A stretch of DNA of 63,007 nucleotides, filler included, from Perkinsus chesapeaki ATCC PRA-425 (GCA_013115145.1; 5 parts of 5 records of this genome joined end to end with filler, not necessarily neighbours in it), one strand, 5' to 3'. Shown: positions 23,101-35,386, counted from the whole stretch's first letter. Numbers and translations: made by a program. The notes: generated by a model not told the origin, from the sequence alone.

Positions 23101-24830
23101 TCAGGTCTTCACAGAAGCTCCGGAGGCTTCTGTTCCTAGTAAGTGCATGTTTTATTCACTGACATAGGCAGCTGGTGCTCACTAGCAATGTGCTGAAATG
23201 CATGCTTGTGGTCGCAGACATTCGCGACGAAAATGAAGTGGGAAATTCGCAACATTTCGGTAGATTTTGCACATCCTAGCACACAAGGACGCAGGTGTTC
23301 GGGGCAGTCTTTGGAGAAACTCTTCGACTAATTAGCAACTAGGCAAGCTTGGTTCCTCAGGTACTCAAGTTCGGTAACTTTGTGAACCACGGCACAACTG
23401 ATTTGATGACAAGAGGCTACACTTTAGAATCTTTATTGAAATTAATGGAGTTCAAGTCAACTAGCGTTCCTGGTGTGACAATGCTCCACTATGTGGCCTG
23501 TCGGTTGATGGAGCCCGAAGGAGGGGATAAAGGGAATCGGAACTCTGCGGTTCCGATGGAACTGGCTGAGGAGCTCAATTTTGTGAGTGCTCAGTTCGTA
23601 ACTTCTAGACAGTGATGTATTTTTATGAACCAACTTTCAACTCAGTTTTAATAGCACGGATCTCTCTATATACCTGAGGTTGCAAGAAGAAAGCACAATC
23701 ACGAACCAGCTATCTGCAATAACTTATTCCAGCATTTCCCCAGCATTGCTATATTCTCATGCCTTTAGTACACTTGTACGGTAGCTTGCACACGTTGGCA
23801 TGGTGGGAAAGTTTTTCGAAATTTTTTGCGAAGTCATTCAGTACATCCGTCACTGCACACGATTACGTCATCATAATGGTCGTCCTAGGTGGTTTCGGCG
23901 ACATCAGAGAATACCGAGGTTATTGTTGCCACACTCACAGCACTCGATAGAGATTTAAAGCTGTTCCAGCGCGAGGCTGAGCAACAGGCGTCCCAATACT
24001 CCGGCGAAGCGCTGAGAAGGTGGGGTGTTGTTGGGCACCCATGATAGTGCGGCATTAGGTTGGAATCTTTCACGATGGGTGCTTTGAACCAGTTGGCTGA
24101 GGTGAAAGAAGATTGGAAGGTCTGTGAGGATTCTTTGAAGGAGCTTAGACGGTGAGCATTCACTGATTATGCTATATAGAGACCTACACTATCATAACAT
24201 GAGTAACATTTAATAGTGTAATTGGCTCCAGCAATCTAGGAATACTACTAGGAATACAATCCCTTCGTCTACAATGCGATGATTTCTGGCTCGGGTTCAT
24301 CACCTATCTCTTCAATGAACTGAGGTTTGATATTTTGCCTGGCGCACAATGTGCGGTTAAAAAGGTACTTTGGTGAAGATCCGAAACGATGCACCGTCGA
24401 GGACTTTTTTGGTACATTGAAGGCCTTTCTCGACAGCTACAAACGAGCGTGTAACGATATCAAAAGGAACCCTAAGAAGTTCCAACAGCTCATATATCGT
24501 AAGCCACCGATCCTGGGGAGTATCACAGGCGATGTTCAGCTCCCACATCAGCTGGTCCAGGAGGATGATGACGGTACAGTCCACATCGCAGCTCCATACA
24601 GGTGAGACTATCTGAAAGCTACGAGTCGGCGCTGTATTGCTACGGCTCGCATTCTTCATAGCTAGCCCAGATTGACCGCTGATATGTGAATTAAAATTGA
24701 CCGCATCATGTGAGCCTGTTTTGACGACTTTCAGGAGAAAATTTGATTGTTCTTTCTCAGGAGTGTCGTCAAGACTACCAATCAAAATCCGCTCATCGAA
24801 AGCCAGGCGAACTGCGTTGATGAGTTCTAA
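14160..24830 (+). CDS. Formin with N-terminal PTEN-like and C2 domains, FH1 repeats and FH2 domain (multi-exon)
   Basis: PTEN-like exons: DRIVLMRSPW, HRNNINVVSEYL, LELLSRFCSSLLFWL..VAVIHC, SLQRYAKYL. C2 exons: LRGDVGIVI..RYFFHTG, IPKDFKLTL. FH1 at 21158-21850. FH2 motifs: KKLHWKAIP, ILDQKRAQNAGLV, ILPTTEEAEML, VLKFGNFVNHG..GYTLESLLKLMEFKS, TMLHYVA, YFGEDP..EDFFGTLKAFLDSYKRA. The last exon is ambiguous (stop at 24605 or 24830). Confidence 0.9.
15963..16000 (+). mobile_element. Ultra-short retro-insertion, copy 3
   Basis: CTAAGCCAATTTTCGGCGTTGGACTATAAACTCACACA flanked by CATGAATAA (15954-15962 and 16001-16009), in a formin intron. Confidence 0.85.
17465..17524. repeat. 12-bp minisatellite (ATTACCCTTTAT x4 plus one degenerate unit)
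   Basis: Read directly; in a formin intron. Confidence 0.95.
21158..21427 (+). repeat. 30-bp coding tandem array 1 (GTPPPLPTG[K/R] x8 plus one degenerate unit)
   Basis: Read directly within the formin FH1 exon. Confidence 0.97.
21518..21817 (+). repeat. 30-bp coding tandem array 2 (GMPPSLP[T/S]GK x10)
   Basis: Read directly within the formin FH1 exon. Confidence 0.97.
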
Positions 24831-26082
24831 CATTCCACTGTACCCTTTAAATGGATTATTCACTGCAAAGAGATGTACATTGCTTTACGTTACGGTGATC
24901 ATTGTAGCGCTTGTTGTACAATGTTGTTGTACCATCAGCCTTTCTGCTGTGGCAATACCCTTTCCTTCATTTACCTGTCGTTGTGCTAGTTGTCACTAAC
25001 ATCCACCACTTGGATGCTACAACAGAATCACTCACGGTATTCGCGTACCAAGAATACGCTGGCGACATATCTGGGATTAGCCTCACCTTCAGTGACCTAA
25101 CTTAGGTCACCTAAGTTCTAGGCCGCTGAATGAGACGGATGAATCATTACTTCAGAGAAAGGCCTCCCGCACCCAGTTAGCAGGTCAAGTCAGGGACCCG
25201 CCAACTTGGCTTGATTTATCTAACAGAGTTAAGCTACGTTGACAGGCCCTTCATATCGGTTCACAAACACTTTCTCCATGTCGCTCTGAACGACCCGTTA
25301 ACGGCTACTCTGAGCCTCACAGGAGTTCGTATGGCAATAGCCTACTAAGTTGAATGTCGACTTGGGACCTGCTTCACATGTCGTTTCGGCTTATACGCTC
25401 GTTTCGGCGGTTTCGTCGCTCAAGACTTGAGCCTAAAGTGGGCGTCTTGATTCAAATGGGCCAAGTCACTGGATGACGCTATCGCTGTAGCCGCAAGTTA
25501 CTAACCTAGAGTTAGACATTCGGCCTACTTATCGGTCACATTCGTGTTACGGAAATTCGCTTATTTATCACTTACTCTGAGCCGCATAGTAAGTGACATG
25601 CAAGTATGTCCTTCATCTATCCTCGATAGACTATCGACTTTACTCATTCCAAGTTACGATTCCCAACTCAGATGTTGTCCGCTGGTGGATATCTCAAGGC
25701 TAGACGACCCTACTTGAGTTTGTAAACGAATCTTCGACCGCGCCCTGAGGGCCGCCCTCCCGAGAGCGCAAGTTTGTCGCTTCAAAAGACCTATTTCACC
25801 AATAAGAATAGTACATTCGCGATCGAGCCCTGTTCAGCAGGGACAACTGAGAAGCTGTGGAAACATCCAGACTTTGAGTAACCCAACACTGTTCTCCGTA
25901 AAGTTTAATGACGATTGATATTAATTAAAATTGAATTAAATTGGTATTAACGATGAAGGGAATAAACGGAAAATGTGATCTTATCATGGAGGAATCCCCA
26001 TCGTTGTTTTCGAGTAGCTGGCAAACGTACTTGCCTCTTCTCCAGTGACATTGGAGAGTATACGGCTCGTCACAAATAGTTA

Positions 26083-26259
26083 CTAGGGGCACCAACACTT
26101 GCTGCCGAAAGTAGTGCACTTGCAAGTATGTAGGCAACCCAGACAAACAAGGTTACCCAAGCTTCTTAAATGAGGAGGCCTCTCTTCAACATCACTGGCA
26201 GTAGTTAGAGTAGTTAGAGTGGTGATAGTGTAGATGAATAAGATGATGTATTTGAACAT
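26083..26259 (-). CDS. Candidate small secreted cysteine-rich peptide (58 aa)
   Basis: MFKYIILFIYTITTLTTLTTA-SDVEERPPHLRSLGNLVCLGCLHTCKCTTFGSKCWCP*: signal-peptide-like N-terminus and 6 Cys in the last 20 residues. An alternative spliced reading is possible. Confidence 0.5.
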   Translation of the reverse strand: MFKYIILFIYTITTLTTLTTASDVEERPPHLRSLGNLVCLGCLHTCKCTTFGSKCWCP

Positions 26260-26394
26260 TACTACGGGGAAAGGAGGTAAACCTATAAATATATCAATAC
26301 ACATTAGTGTCTCGTTGTAAAAATCCGACCGGCGAAATTAGTCTCTATACCCGTCTAAATAGTATTCCGCTAGCTCATTATAAGATTATTTCAG

Positions 26395-27495
26395 CAGCTC
26401 ATCTTGGGCACGCTGTAAAGCTCACGAGGAACCGGTGGAGCAGTGCTCCACCGACCGTACGGCACTGTTCCAGTACCAGAGAAGGATGGCATGCGATTTA
26501 CACAATGTAAACTCTTATACGCTACCTCACTCAAAGCCTGCCCAACTAATCGGGTATCTGTCTATACATGGTCAGCGCCATGAATCAGCCGTGGTGCGTT
26601 ATTTCGCGCCTGGGGTTTTCCCGCACATTGTGTGGCGAACTCTGGCGCTGAACTTGTACAACGGAATCCAGTGGGTTCAACCCACGGATGGCAGAAGCGA
26701 AAAAATCACCCAGGGTGATTCACCCTCTATAAGCTAGTATAGGTCCCTTAGAGTTAACAGAACAGATGATAGATGAGATCGTAACAGTTACAGGGTGGTA
26801 TAACATGGGACCATCATTTGTGATAGTAGCACAATACGTTGTGTGCAGCGTAAAACAGCGTGCTTCTAGGGAGCGCGCGTTGTGGAATACGAGCATTCGT
26901 CCGATGTGTATTTAGTGTATTAGTGAAATACCTTCCTGGCACAAAAATAATACTTAAGTGGCTAGAAGGTGCCAGCATCATGCAGGCAGCACTTCCGGAC
27001 ACTGCGAAATTCGCAGTGCGAATGCCCTCAGTTAGCAGGTTGTAAGAATTGCGTCTGATATTTCTTCCTTGCGTTGGTATTCGGCGGATACTATCCGCCC
27101 AGTTACAAAATCTGACCCTGGTGGCTCCACTTTTACTAATCTATATTATCCTCGTTGATCAATGATCAGTATCCAGCTACCGCCGCGACACATCGTGATG
27201 AGGAACCCGATAAGTAGAAGATGGGGTGGATAGATGGAGATAGATAGTTGTAGCAGGAGGAGCAGCGGGAAAAGTGCGATGCTCATTGAACCTGCTAAAG
27301 TGGTTTGTCACAGGGCGTGGTCAATCACAGTCTGTGATTCAGAGATCATTGGGATAAACCTTTAGCACAGCAACAGTACTAGGCAATGCATTCCGAAAGA
27401 TGTTTCCATTTACTAGTACGAGCTTCAATGGAGAAATGATAGAACATTTACTGCGACAAGAAGAAGTTCTTCTTCTGAAGAACGATTCATACTGA
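26395..27495 (+). CDS. Hypothetical multi-exon protein
   Basis: Open segments bounded by AG/GT at ~26395-26505, ~26575-26720, ~26920-27040 and a terminal exon TATVLGNAFRKMFPF..LLLKNDSY*. No family recognised; frames uncertain. Confidence 0.35.
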
Positions 27496-27523
27496 TTTAG
27501 ATAGAGATACTTCGGTTTGCTAG

Positions 27524-28293
27524 CAGGGTTGTCGAAAGTGGAAAGACATGAAATGCAACCCAAGGAAATTTCACATTTTGAAGAAATTTTAGGAAAGAGT
27601 CGAATAAACAGACGATTAGCATATTCCAAATAATTCGAAAGCTAGTAAAACAATCCCTCGAGTAGACGTTATGCAAGGTATAACGAAGTAAATACCACAC
27701 ACGCCCCCAGGACCTCCTGAAGAGAAATCGATTAGAACGACGCGCGGCATGTGTCAAAACCGTTTCATCCTGGACGCCGCCACTAGAATGTGGACGAGTT
27801 GATCTGAGACTCAAATTTTGTTTGCAGTACTTTGTTAATATGCCCGATCCGAGTCAGCTGAATGACGAAGTGTCTGCCGAAGAAGACGTCTTCATCTCCA
27901 ACTCAACCCTTGATAGATTCCTCACGGTTGCGGAGGAGAGGGTTGGTGACAAGATTGTAAAAACCTCCTCCTACCGGTGTCGATGGGAACAGGGTTTCGA
28001 GTCGAAACTTCCGACAACTCCACTCGTCGCCGGGAGCATGTCCGGTTTGAACAGTCGGCAGAATTTGGCGTACCAGTGGCAGGCTGCCACCACCCCTCCC
28101 AACTTGGGAGTTCCAAAAAGCGTCGAAAACGTCAACATCAACAGCAAGACGAGTCAGCGGTTACTACTCAGTCTTTCGTGAGAAATTTTTTCCACCTGTG
28201 AAACGAATTTCATTGAAATTTCCATATGAAATTTCCATATGAAATTTCAATTTCGGAAATGGCCTTCCAATTTCCATGAAATCGACAAGCCTG
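27524..28293. mobile_element. Non-autonomous hAT-superfamily DNA transposon (770 bp)
   Basis: 12-bp TIRs CAGGGTTGTCGA / TCGACAAGCCTG (1 mismatch), exact 8-bp TSD TTTGCTAG (27516-27523 and 28294-28301), subterminal GAAATTTCCATAT repeats near the right end. Confidence 0.9.
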
Positions 28294-28763
28294 TTTGCTA
28301 GGCTGTCTCTGGTAATACGTCATATTATAGAACCTTCACAGATGGTTTTATATGTAGGTTGCATATATAAGAAGGGTGGCACTGCAGGGCCTTGGACCAA
28401 GATGAGGTGTTTGTGTAGTCTTGTCTCCTAGTAGACTTGTACATGAAGCCAGGATATTATGGTTATGGTTGGTAAGTTCCGCGTGCCTATACTCTTCGGG
28501 GTATGTGGATAAGAGGGCCAACTTTGAACGAGACTTGCTGACTTGTAAACCGGTGATAAGATGCTTGTTGACATCTGATAGGCAAAGGAAAATAGTAGAC
28601 CATCATTTAGTGGTCAATAATATCAATATAGTGCCATCAAAGTCATTGTCATTATCTTCAGCTCACACTTCTCTACCAGCGAGAAGCCTGGCGATAGACT
28701 CGTAGTACTATCAGTAATACACTATTACCACTGGTAATAGTCCGATGAGTTGCTTTATTTCCT

Positions 28764-30373
28764 ATGCCTGCTCGTGGTGCAACTGCCAGAACCGACAATT
28801 CACAGTCGGGTCTGCCAAAAGGAAAAAGCTCTACGGCGCCAAAGCGGCACCGTGCGACATTACCGGTGGACGAAGCAGTGCGGATATTAACCTATAATGT
28901 TCGCTCGATTCGTGCACATGTGGTGGAAGTTAAGAGGATGGCGACAGGATGGTTGAAGAGGAAGGTGGATGTTATTGTACTGACGGAGAGTTGGTTAAAA
29001 CCGGGGGATAGAACCCCACGCCTTGCTGGATATACTGAGGCCGCAAGGAAAGACAGGAAGCAGCCTGGTAGTAGTAACGAGGGAAGAGGCGGGGGAGTGC
29101 TTATTTATGTAAGAGATAAGGTGGGATATGCTGTTGAGGAAATTAACTACAACTGTCGTACAATTCATGAGGGGATAGACTATATAGCGATTAACATATG
29201 TAGGAGTAAGAAAAGGAGGATACAACTCGTTGGCATTTACGTGCCCCCTAATCTCAGTGATGAAATATGGGAAGAAAGTATATTGGATTGGGACCTTAAA
29301 AACAATGAGAAGGGAACAGTCATTATAGCCGGTGATATAAACTCTCATGGAAGTTGGAGTTCGCTGAGTACTTCGGCGGGAGATAGAATAGAGGATTGGT
29401 GCGCAGAAAGGGGCTTGGAAGTTCTTAACGAGCCCACGATTCCTACTCGGATAGCAGTTACTACCAACAGAGAAGGTGATCGTATTGTTCAACAATCAAG
29501 CCCTGATGTTATTATAATGAAGGCTGTGTATGCGGCCCGCTCTATATGGGAGGCTTATCCAGAAGAATCTTGTGGATCAGATCATGTTCCTATACAGATA
29601 CTCTTCCCATGGCAGCAGGAAGAAGGACCAAAAAATATCAAATATCGGAAAAAATGGAAGTTGAAGAAAGCAAACTGGGATATGTTCAGGGATGTTTTGA
29701 ACAAACGTTGTGAAACATCGTTGGGAAATATATGCCAGAATATGACAGCCCAACAAGCATATGATATGCTTGAATCTGATGTCATCACATCTTTAAACCA
29801 ATCGATACCTAAGACCACTAGAGCACGAGAGTATATTTGGTGGTGTGATGAAGTTGAAGCAGCAGTTAAAGACCGGAAAGAAGCTTTAAAGAGATTTCGG
29901 CAAACTTGCTCTGCGGAAGATGGAGAGGTTTATGAGGAGGCAAAGCAAGCTTGTAATAGATTGATTTTAGAGACAAAAAGAAAAAGCTGGGAGGATTTCT
30001 GTTCGGAGTTAAATCCAGCGNNNNNNNNNNNNNNNNNNNNNNNNNNNNNNNNNNNNNNNNNNNNTTAATTAATTAANNNNNNNNNNNNNNNNNNNNNNNN
30101 NNNNNNNNNNNNNNNNNNNNCATCTATATACACATTATTCTACTACATCAAATGGGAATATAACACTGGAGCGGAGCGACGGGTTCCACTAGTACAGTAA
30201 GTGAGTACTCCCAGTCTCCAAAGGGGCAAGACGGGAATACTTCATTCGAGCGCAAACAACTATTTATGGCGAGCTAAAAGTGAACCGCAAGCACGTCTCT
30301 GCTGTCTGTCTGTAAGTCGTCTGACTTTCGATTTAGACTGAACCATTCTTGGCGTTGGACTATAAACACACAC
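28764..30373 (+). mobile_element. Non-LTR retrotransposon (APE-type LINE, I/ingi/Jockey-like); RT hidden in the gap
   Basis: ORF 28764-30020 has APE motifs ILTYNVRSI, VLTESW, GGGVLIYV, IYVPP, GDINSH, PDVI, SDHVPI, followed by WKLKKANW and WW..SWEDFCSEL. The post-gap segment ends GGCGTTGGACTATAAACACACAC. Joining across the gap is inference. Confidence 0.85.
30021..30120. other. Assembly gap with TTAATTAATTAA linker (similar gaps at 42009-42108, 47239-47338, 53532-53631; plain gap at 33732-33824)
   Basis: N runs read directly. Confidence 0.99.
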
Positions 30374-31083
30374 GTTGCCTGCCCTAAATAAGGGGAGGCA
30401 CTCATGAGGACCCTCGTTTCATCCGCCTAATTTGGAAACATAGGACTGTGTGGGTCTACACTCTCGGACGCATAGTGCAAGCGATGAGCGGCTCTGTTAA
30501 CACAATGCCAAAGGCTTTATACGAAGTAGTGCTTAGCAGGCAGGCAGCCTTTGAGGCACAATAGCTTGAGACCTCGGTGACAAGTAATGAAGCGTAGGTG
30601 AAGGTAACTTCTCACCAACAGCACGGGCAAAAGATTCCGAAGATTAGCGGATATGATTCAATCAATATTCTCTTACGTAGGTAATTCTCACACAAAGCGC
30701 CACGCCTGCGACCGTCTACAGCAGCAGGGGATATTAATACTCGTAGGTACATGTGGGCGAACGGAATCGATTTACATACAATATAGCTAGCACACAGCTA
30801 CAAATGGGTACACGTAGAAGAAATGCAATATCATTCTGGCGCAATGTGTGCGCCTGCGTGTAGATGCACGCATACACAAACACTATAGATTTTTTTACCT
30901 TACTCCCGCAGGGAATTGTTCCATTACGCATGTGAAGTTTATACTGAGACTTCTAGGTGTCCGTCGATACTGGCGCTCATCGAGGCGGCTTCCCACGAAT
31001 CGGAATTGCTATGTCTTAGGTTACCGTCTCAATGTTCATCTCACTAACGGTTATCCCGCTAATCTCAGCCAATATCCTGACAG

Positions 31084-33205
31084 CTGATGGTTTATGTGAT
31101 ACCGTTAAACAAATACCTGGCTACTTACACGGCGGTTCTGATGTTCTGTAGGTCTGAACTCAGATACGTCATGTCTCTTTTGTGCTGCCCTCAGACTGTA
31201 CTACTGGTTCTTCGAGTCGCGTAAGGCTCCTACTTCTAGCCCCACTCTTGTTTATTTCCAAGGAGGGCCTGGGGCAAGCAGCATGTATTCGGTCGTGTCG
31301 GGTAATGGTGGCCCATGTATACTTAATCGAGAGGGCAACGACACTTCTTTGAATACGTAGTTACCAATAATGACCTGCTCACGCCCATTACTCGGCGTAC
31401 TCAGTTGCTCTTATAATACTTTTGCTAATATCCTGTACATCGATCAACCAGCTCCGACAGGCTTTAGTAAAGGGACGAGTCCTAAGAATTCAGACAAGGC
31501 TGCCACGTTCACGTAAATGATTGTTCGCGGTTACCAGGGAATATTCCGCTACTGTTAGGCTGCGTGCGTTAGAGACTTTTTTCGCCAAGTACCCAGAATA
31601 CAATACTGAGGTATTCTTCATTGGCCAGTCATATGCAGGTGAGTGTCATGCCTTCGGTCATCATTCAACAACTGATCTTCTATGCTCCTTACCAGTGAAC
31701 GTCATCTGGTAGGCCATTATATCCCACCCTTAGCCCAGCTCACGGTTACCAGCAAGTCGCTAATCAAGTTGAAGGGTGTCATTTTGGGAAACAGCGAAGT
31801 CAATACCATGCTTCAGTACGTAATGAGCGCTCAAGCCCCGCGGTGCAGAAGTATTTAGGTGCGCTTCAATGCCTACAATGGCTTACGCCAGTGGAACGAG
31901 CCGAAGCGTCCTATCAGAGAAGGAGTACGAATCGCGGGTCAGCTGGTGAACCTTTGTTCCAGGTACCAGCGTATGCTCAAGTCCCTATCGGTGGTTATGT
32001 CGGATGCGCAACAATGTCTCAAACACAAAGATAGTAGAGAAATATGCCAAAATGCATCGAACACTTATTACGATAACCTAATCCTCCCGATTGACGAGAA
32101 GAATATCGATATGTAGGTAACCCTATGTAGCTGCTAAAACAATAGGCCTATTTTGCCTCACCAATGTGACGCATTGAATGCGTCACTTTGTTTCAAGAAT
32201 GTCGCAAAGTTCTCTGTTGCTAAATGCTTGGCTTGTATCAAGGTCCCAATTTTCCCCGCAGATTTGACCTTCGCCTTGATTGCGTCGTACCACCTCCGAA
32301 ATGTCACTACATAGAGAATGTGAGTTTGGGATAGCCCGGCGGGTATGGCACATTAACTATCATGGACGGTGGCCTTTTGTCAGTTTAACGCCTACTTTAA
32401 CAGTAAAAAAGTCCAAGCCTACCTGAAGGTCAAGAAGAAATGGTCGCTTAACAACGGTGATGTGAGCGTGTGTGGGCGTGTCACTCCCTTACAGCCGTGT
32501 CCTACTGTACAGGTATCTCGTGCATTTCTTGCTGATTCACCGGTTGACTACAGTCCGGACCTGAGCTTGATATTGAACGAAGGTCTGCGGGTATGTCCCA
32601 TATACCATCCATTGCATCAGACGCCAGCTGATGGAATGACACTGATGCCTGTGACAGGCTGCGTCTAGTCTTCTTCAATTCCTACGAGGTCCCACAGGTT
32701 GCATGTCCGCTTGTCAGGTCTTGGTATATGCTGGAGACCAAGATTATGCTTGTAACTGGATAGGTAACCGCGACATGACCCTGGAGATTCGGTGGAGTGG
32801 CCGGGATGGATTCTCAAAGGCCCCGGACACTTTGTATCTTGTAAGAGGTCCGTAGCTGAAAATATCTTTCGACATGATTTTTGATATGAGAATCATATTA
32901 ATGAGCTGATGAGGACTCGATAATAATAGACAAATACAGTATCTCTGATGAGCTGAGATGGACTCATATCATCACCGCTCTTGGTATATTTCCTTTCAGC
33001 TACCGACTGGGCAACAAGTTGGCAAACTGAAAAGCTTTACTTTTGCCGGTACAGGTGGACAACTTAGCTTTGCTCAGGTAGTCTTCTCTCTATTGATGCA
33101 ATAATTCTCCTTTAGATATTCAAGGCTGGTCATAGTGCCGCAAAAGATTCTCCCGAAGGAGTGTTACAACTTGTGTCAGACTTTGTACTCGGTCGAATCA
33201 AGTGA
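31084..33205 (+). CDS. Serine carboxypeptidase, family S10 (multi-exon; first exon unresolved)
   Basis: [41 protein letters not shown], catalytic [22 protein letters not shown] (Asp) and AGH (His); stop at 33203-33205. Confidence 0.92.
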
Positions 33206-33249
33206 TGGTCGGCCTCAGCTCGGCTGAGCCAGCTGGTATATCCGTGAAC

Positions 33250-33580
33250 GTTTGGCCATTTAGAATGGCCCATTTTTAATAGCCCTTTACATCGCAATAC
33301 AACATTTAGTTGAAGACAACAGCAACGGTATAGTGTATATGTCATTGTTGCTCTATTGTCTTTGCCTGGAGCGCTCCATACATACTCTATTTGAACATGC
33401 TATCGGTCATAATGTTCACATTGTTATGGTTCTAGCTCCCGTGAAGTATAAGGGAATCATTGACTTAGTCGACTTAGCTCCTTCAACGTACGTGCTTCAT
33501 TTCTTCAACGTTATCAATTTTGGCTTTGTCGCCGACGTAGCGGTTGCATAAGTTTGGGTCACATGAGGCCTGATAACTGA
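33250..33580 (-). CDS. Hypothetical gene fragment
   Basis: Two putative exons ASCDPNLCNRYVGDKAKIDNVEEMKH and HVQIEYVWSAPGKDNRATM with GT-AG borders; ends unresolved next to the gap. Confidence 0.3.
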
Positions 33581-34779
33581 TGAAGAATATCCACAAATAA
33601 TCTTTAGTAAGAGGCAACAAGGCATTGAGTTTAAGTGTTAGGTTTCTGCAGCATTAATAGTCACGTTAAATGCATGGCATGAGTCACGAAGCAGAACGGT
33701 ACCGAGTGACTCAGGCTTGGTAGGCTAACTCNNNNNNNNNNNNNNNNNNNNNNNNNNNNNNNNNNNNNNNNNNNNNNNNNNNNNNNNNNNNNNNNNNNNN
33801 NNNNNNNNNNNNNNNNNNNNNNNNCATTAATAGTCACGTTAAATGCATGGCATGAGTCACGAAGCAGAACGGTACCGAGTGACTCAGGCTTGGTAGGCTA
33901 ACTCCACTTGACCTCTTTGACAATGTGGCACTATCATATAAAATGGCACTCGTCACAAAAAACTGTCCCATGCCTTTAAGTAGTATCGGTCTACTTCTCA
34001 CTATCACACTCGTACTGTATTAGTTTATAATGTTACTGACTGTACATGTCAAATATTAACCGTGTACAACTCAACTTTATTGGAATACAAAGGCATTTAA
34101 CTTACTTGCTTAACCTCTTAAAAGGTTATCAACGACTCGTCATCAACATAAATGAATCTAACTCTTAATTCACCTAGTAGAGTGGGAAACAATATAGAGT
34201 ATGTTGAAGAGTGGCATACATAGAATGATCATCATCACCATACTCATTCAGATAAAAACCTTTTTCGGTTCCACCGAGAAGACCTCTTTCACGATGTCCT
34301 CGTTTCCGAGCTCAAGAGTTGGGCTCATGATAAGGTCACCCAATTGCTTGTCAACTCGACTTCATTCGGTATAGGTCGATAATTGCCAAACTTGTAGCTT
34401 ACCAACACACAGCATCATATCCATATTATACAGCCACATCACTATAATTTACCATTATCTTATTTCTAAGTATCTACTGTAGTGAGTGTGTTGTTAGTGT
34501 ACACCACAAGAGGGCTTACAACTCATATCGGGGTACAATACTTATGTGCTGACCCTCCTTCTAAGGCTTCGAATCAAGGGCCCTTCGACTAGGACTGTCT
34601 TCCGTATCACAGTTGATAAAGATTAGTGTGTTTGACAACGCAACTATCTGTATTTGGGGAAAACGACTCGGATGGAGTAATGATTGAATGACAATTAATA
34701 ATAATCATATTGTTAGAAGCCCCACCGTAAACAACCATGGTCGGGAATCATCCTACATTGATAATCACATAATATATCT

Positions 34780-35340
34780 ATTCATATATCATCAACTGTC
34801 ACCCAGGCAACCAATACGAGTCGTAGTAGTTGCCTGAGCCTTGCAGACATGATTCCATGGCAAATCATTCATCGGCATATGGGTGGACTCTTACTAGATA
34901 GTGGGAAAAAGTATAAGGGGAGGTAGAGGCTTATAACCACCTACCATGATATTCGAGCTTCCCTCAACGCGGCTACGATTCTTCACGATTCCGATAGTCA
35001 GACAAAGTGAATAGTTGGGTTGCACTAGAGCTGAGCTTACTCATGAAGGGTTTGAGGACTTCACAGCCCAACTCCAACCCGCCTGGAAAAAGTAGTTCGG
35101 ATCAAGCACGAAACGATCATGAAATGATGATTAAGAATAATCGTGATGATATAAGCTCGACCATGAACGAGCATGGAGGGAGATAAACTCCTCTTCCTTG
35201 ACAACGGTCTAGCATATCGACTCGAATATGAACAGCTATTGTCTAGGCAGTTAATGCGAGTCGTAGCAGTCGCCTGAGTCTAACAAGCGGGCCTTGGGCG
35301 CGAGCTCTTATCGGCATACGGGTGGACCCTGATTAGATAA
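34780..35340 (-). pseudogene. Degenerate paralogous fragments of the adjacent F-box-like/propeller family
   Basis: Two diverged copies of YL(V/I)RVHPYAD..(Y)YDS (~34815-34900 and ~35255-35340) plus segments resembling the end of the 35387 ORF (PTIHF, SSNIMVG), with many stops and frameshifts. Confidence 0.45.
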
Positions 35341-35386
35341 CAGCCGGTGTTAGAGCAATTGTAATAGGATAACATCCATCTTCCAT

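Noticed and set aside
30064-30077. TTAATTAATTAA motif recurring inside four N-gaps
   Set aside because: Artificial contig linker with stops in all six frames; not biological.
33653-33903. 79-bp exact direct repeat on both sides of the gap at 33732-33824
   Set aside because: Most likely an unmerged contig overlap.
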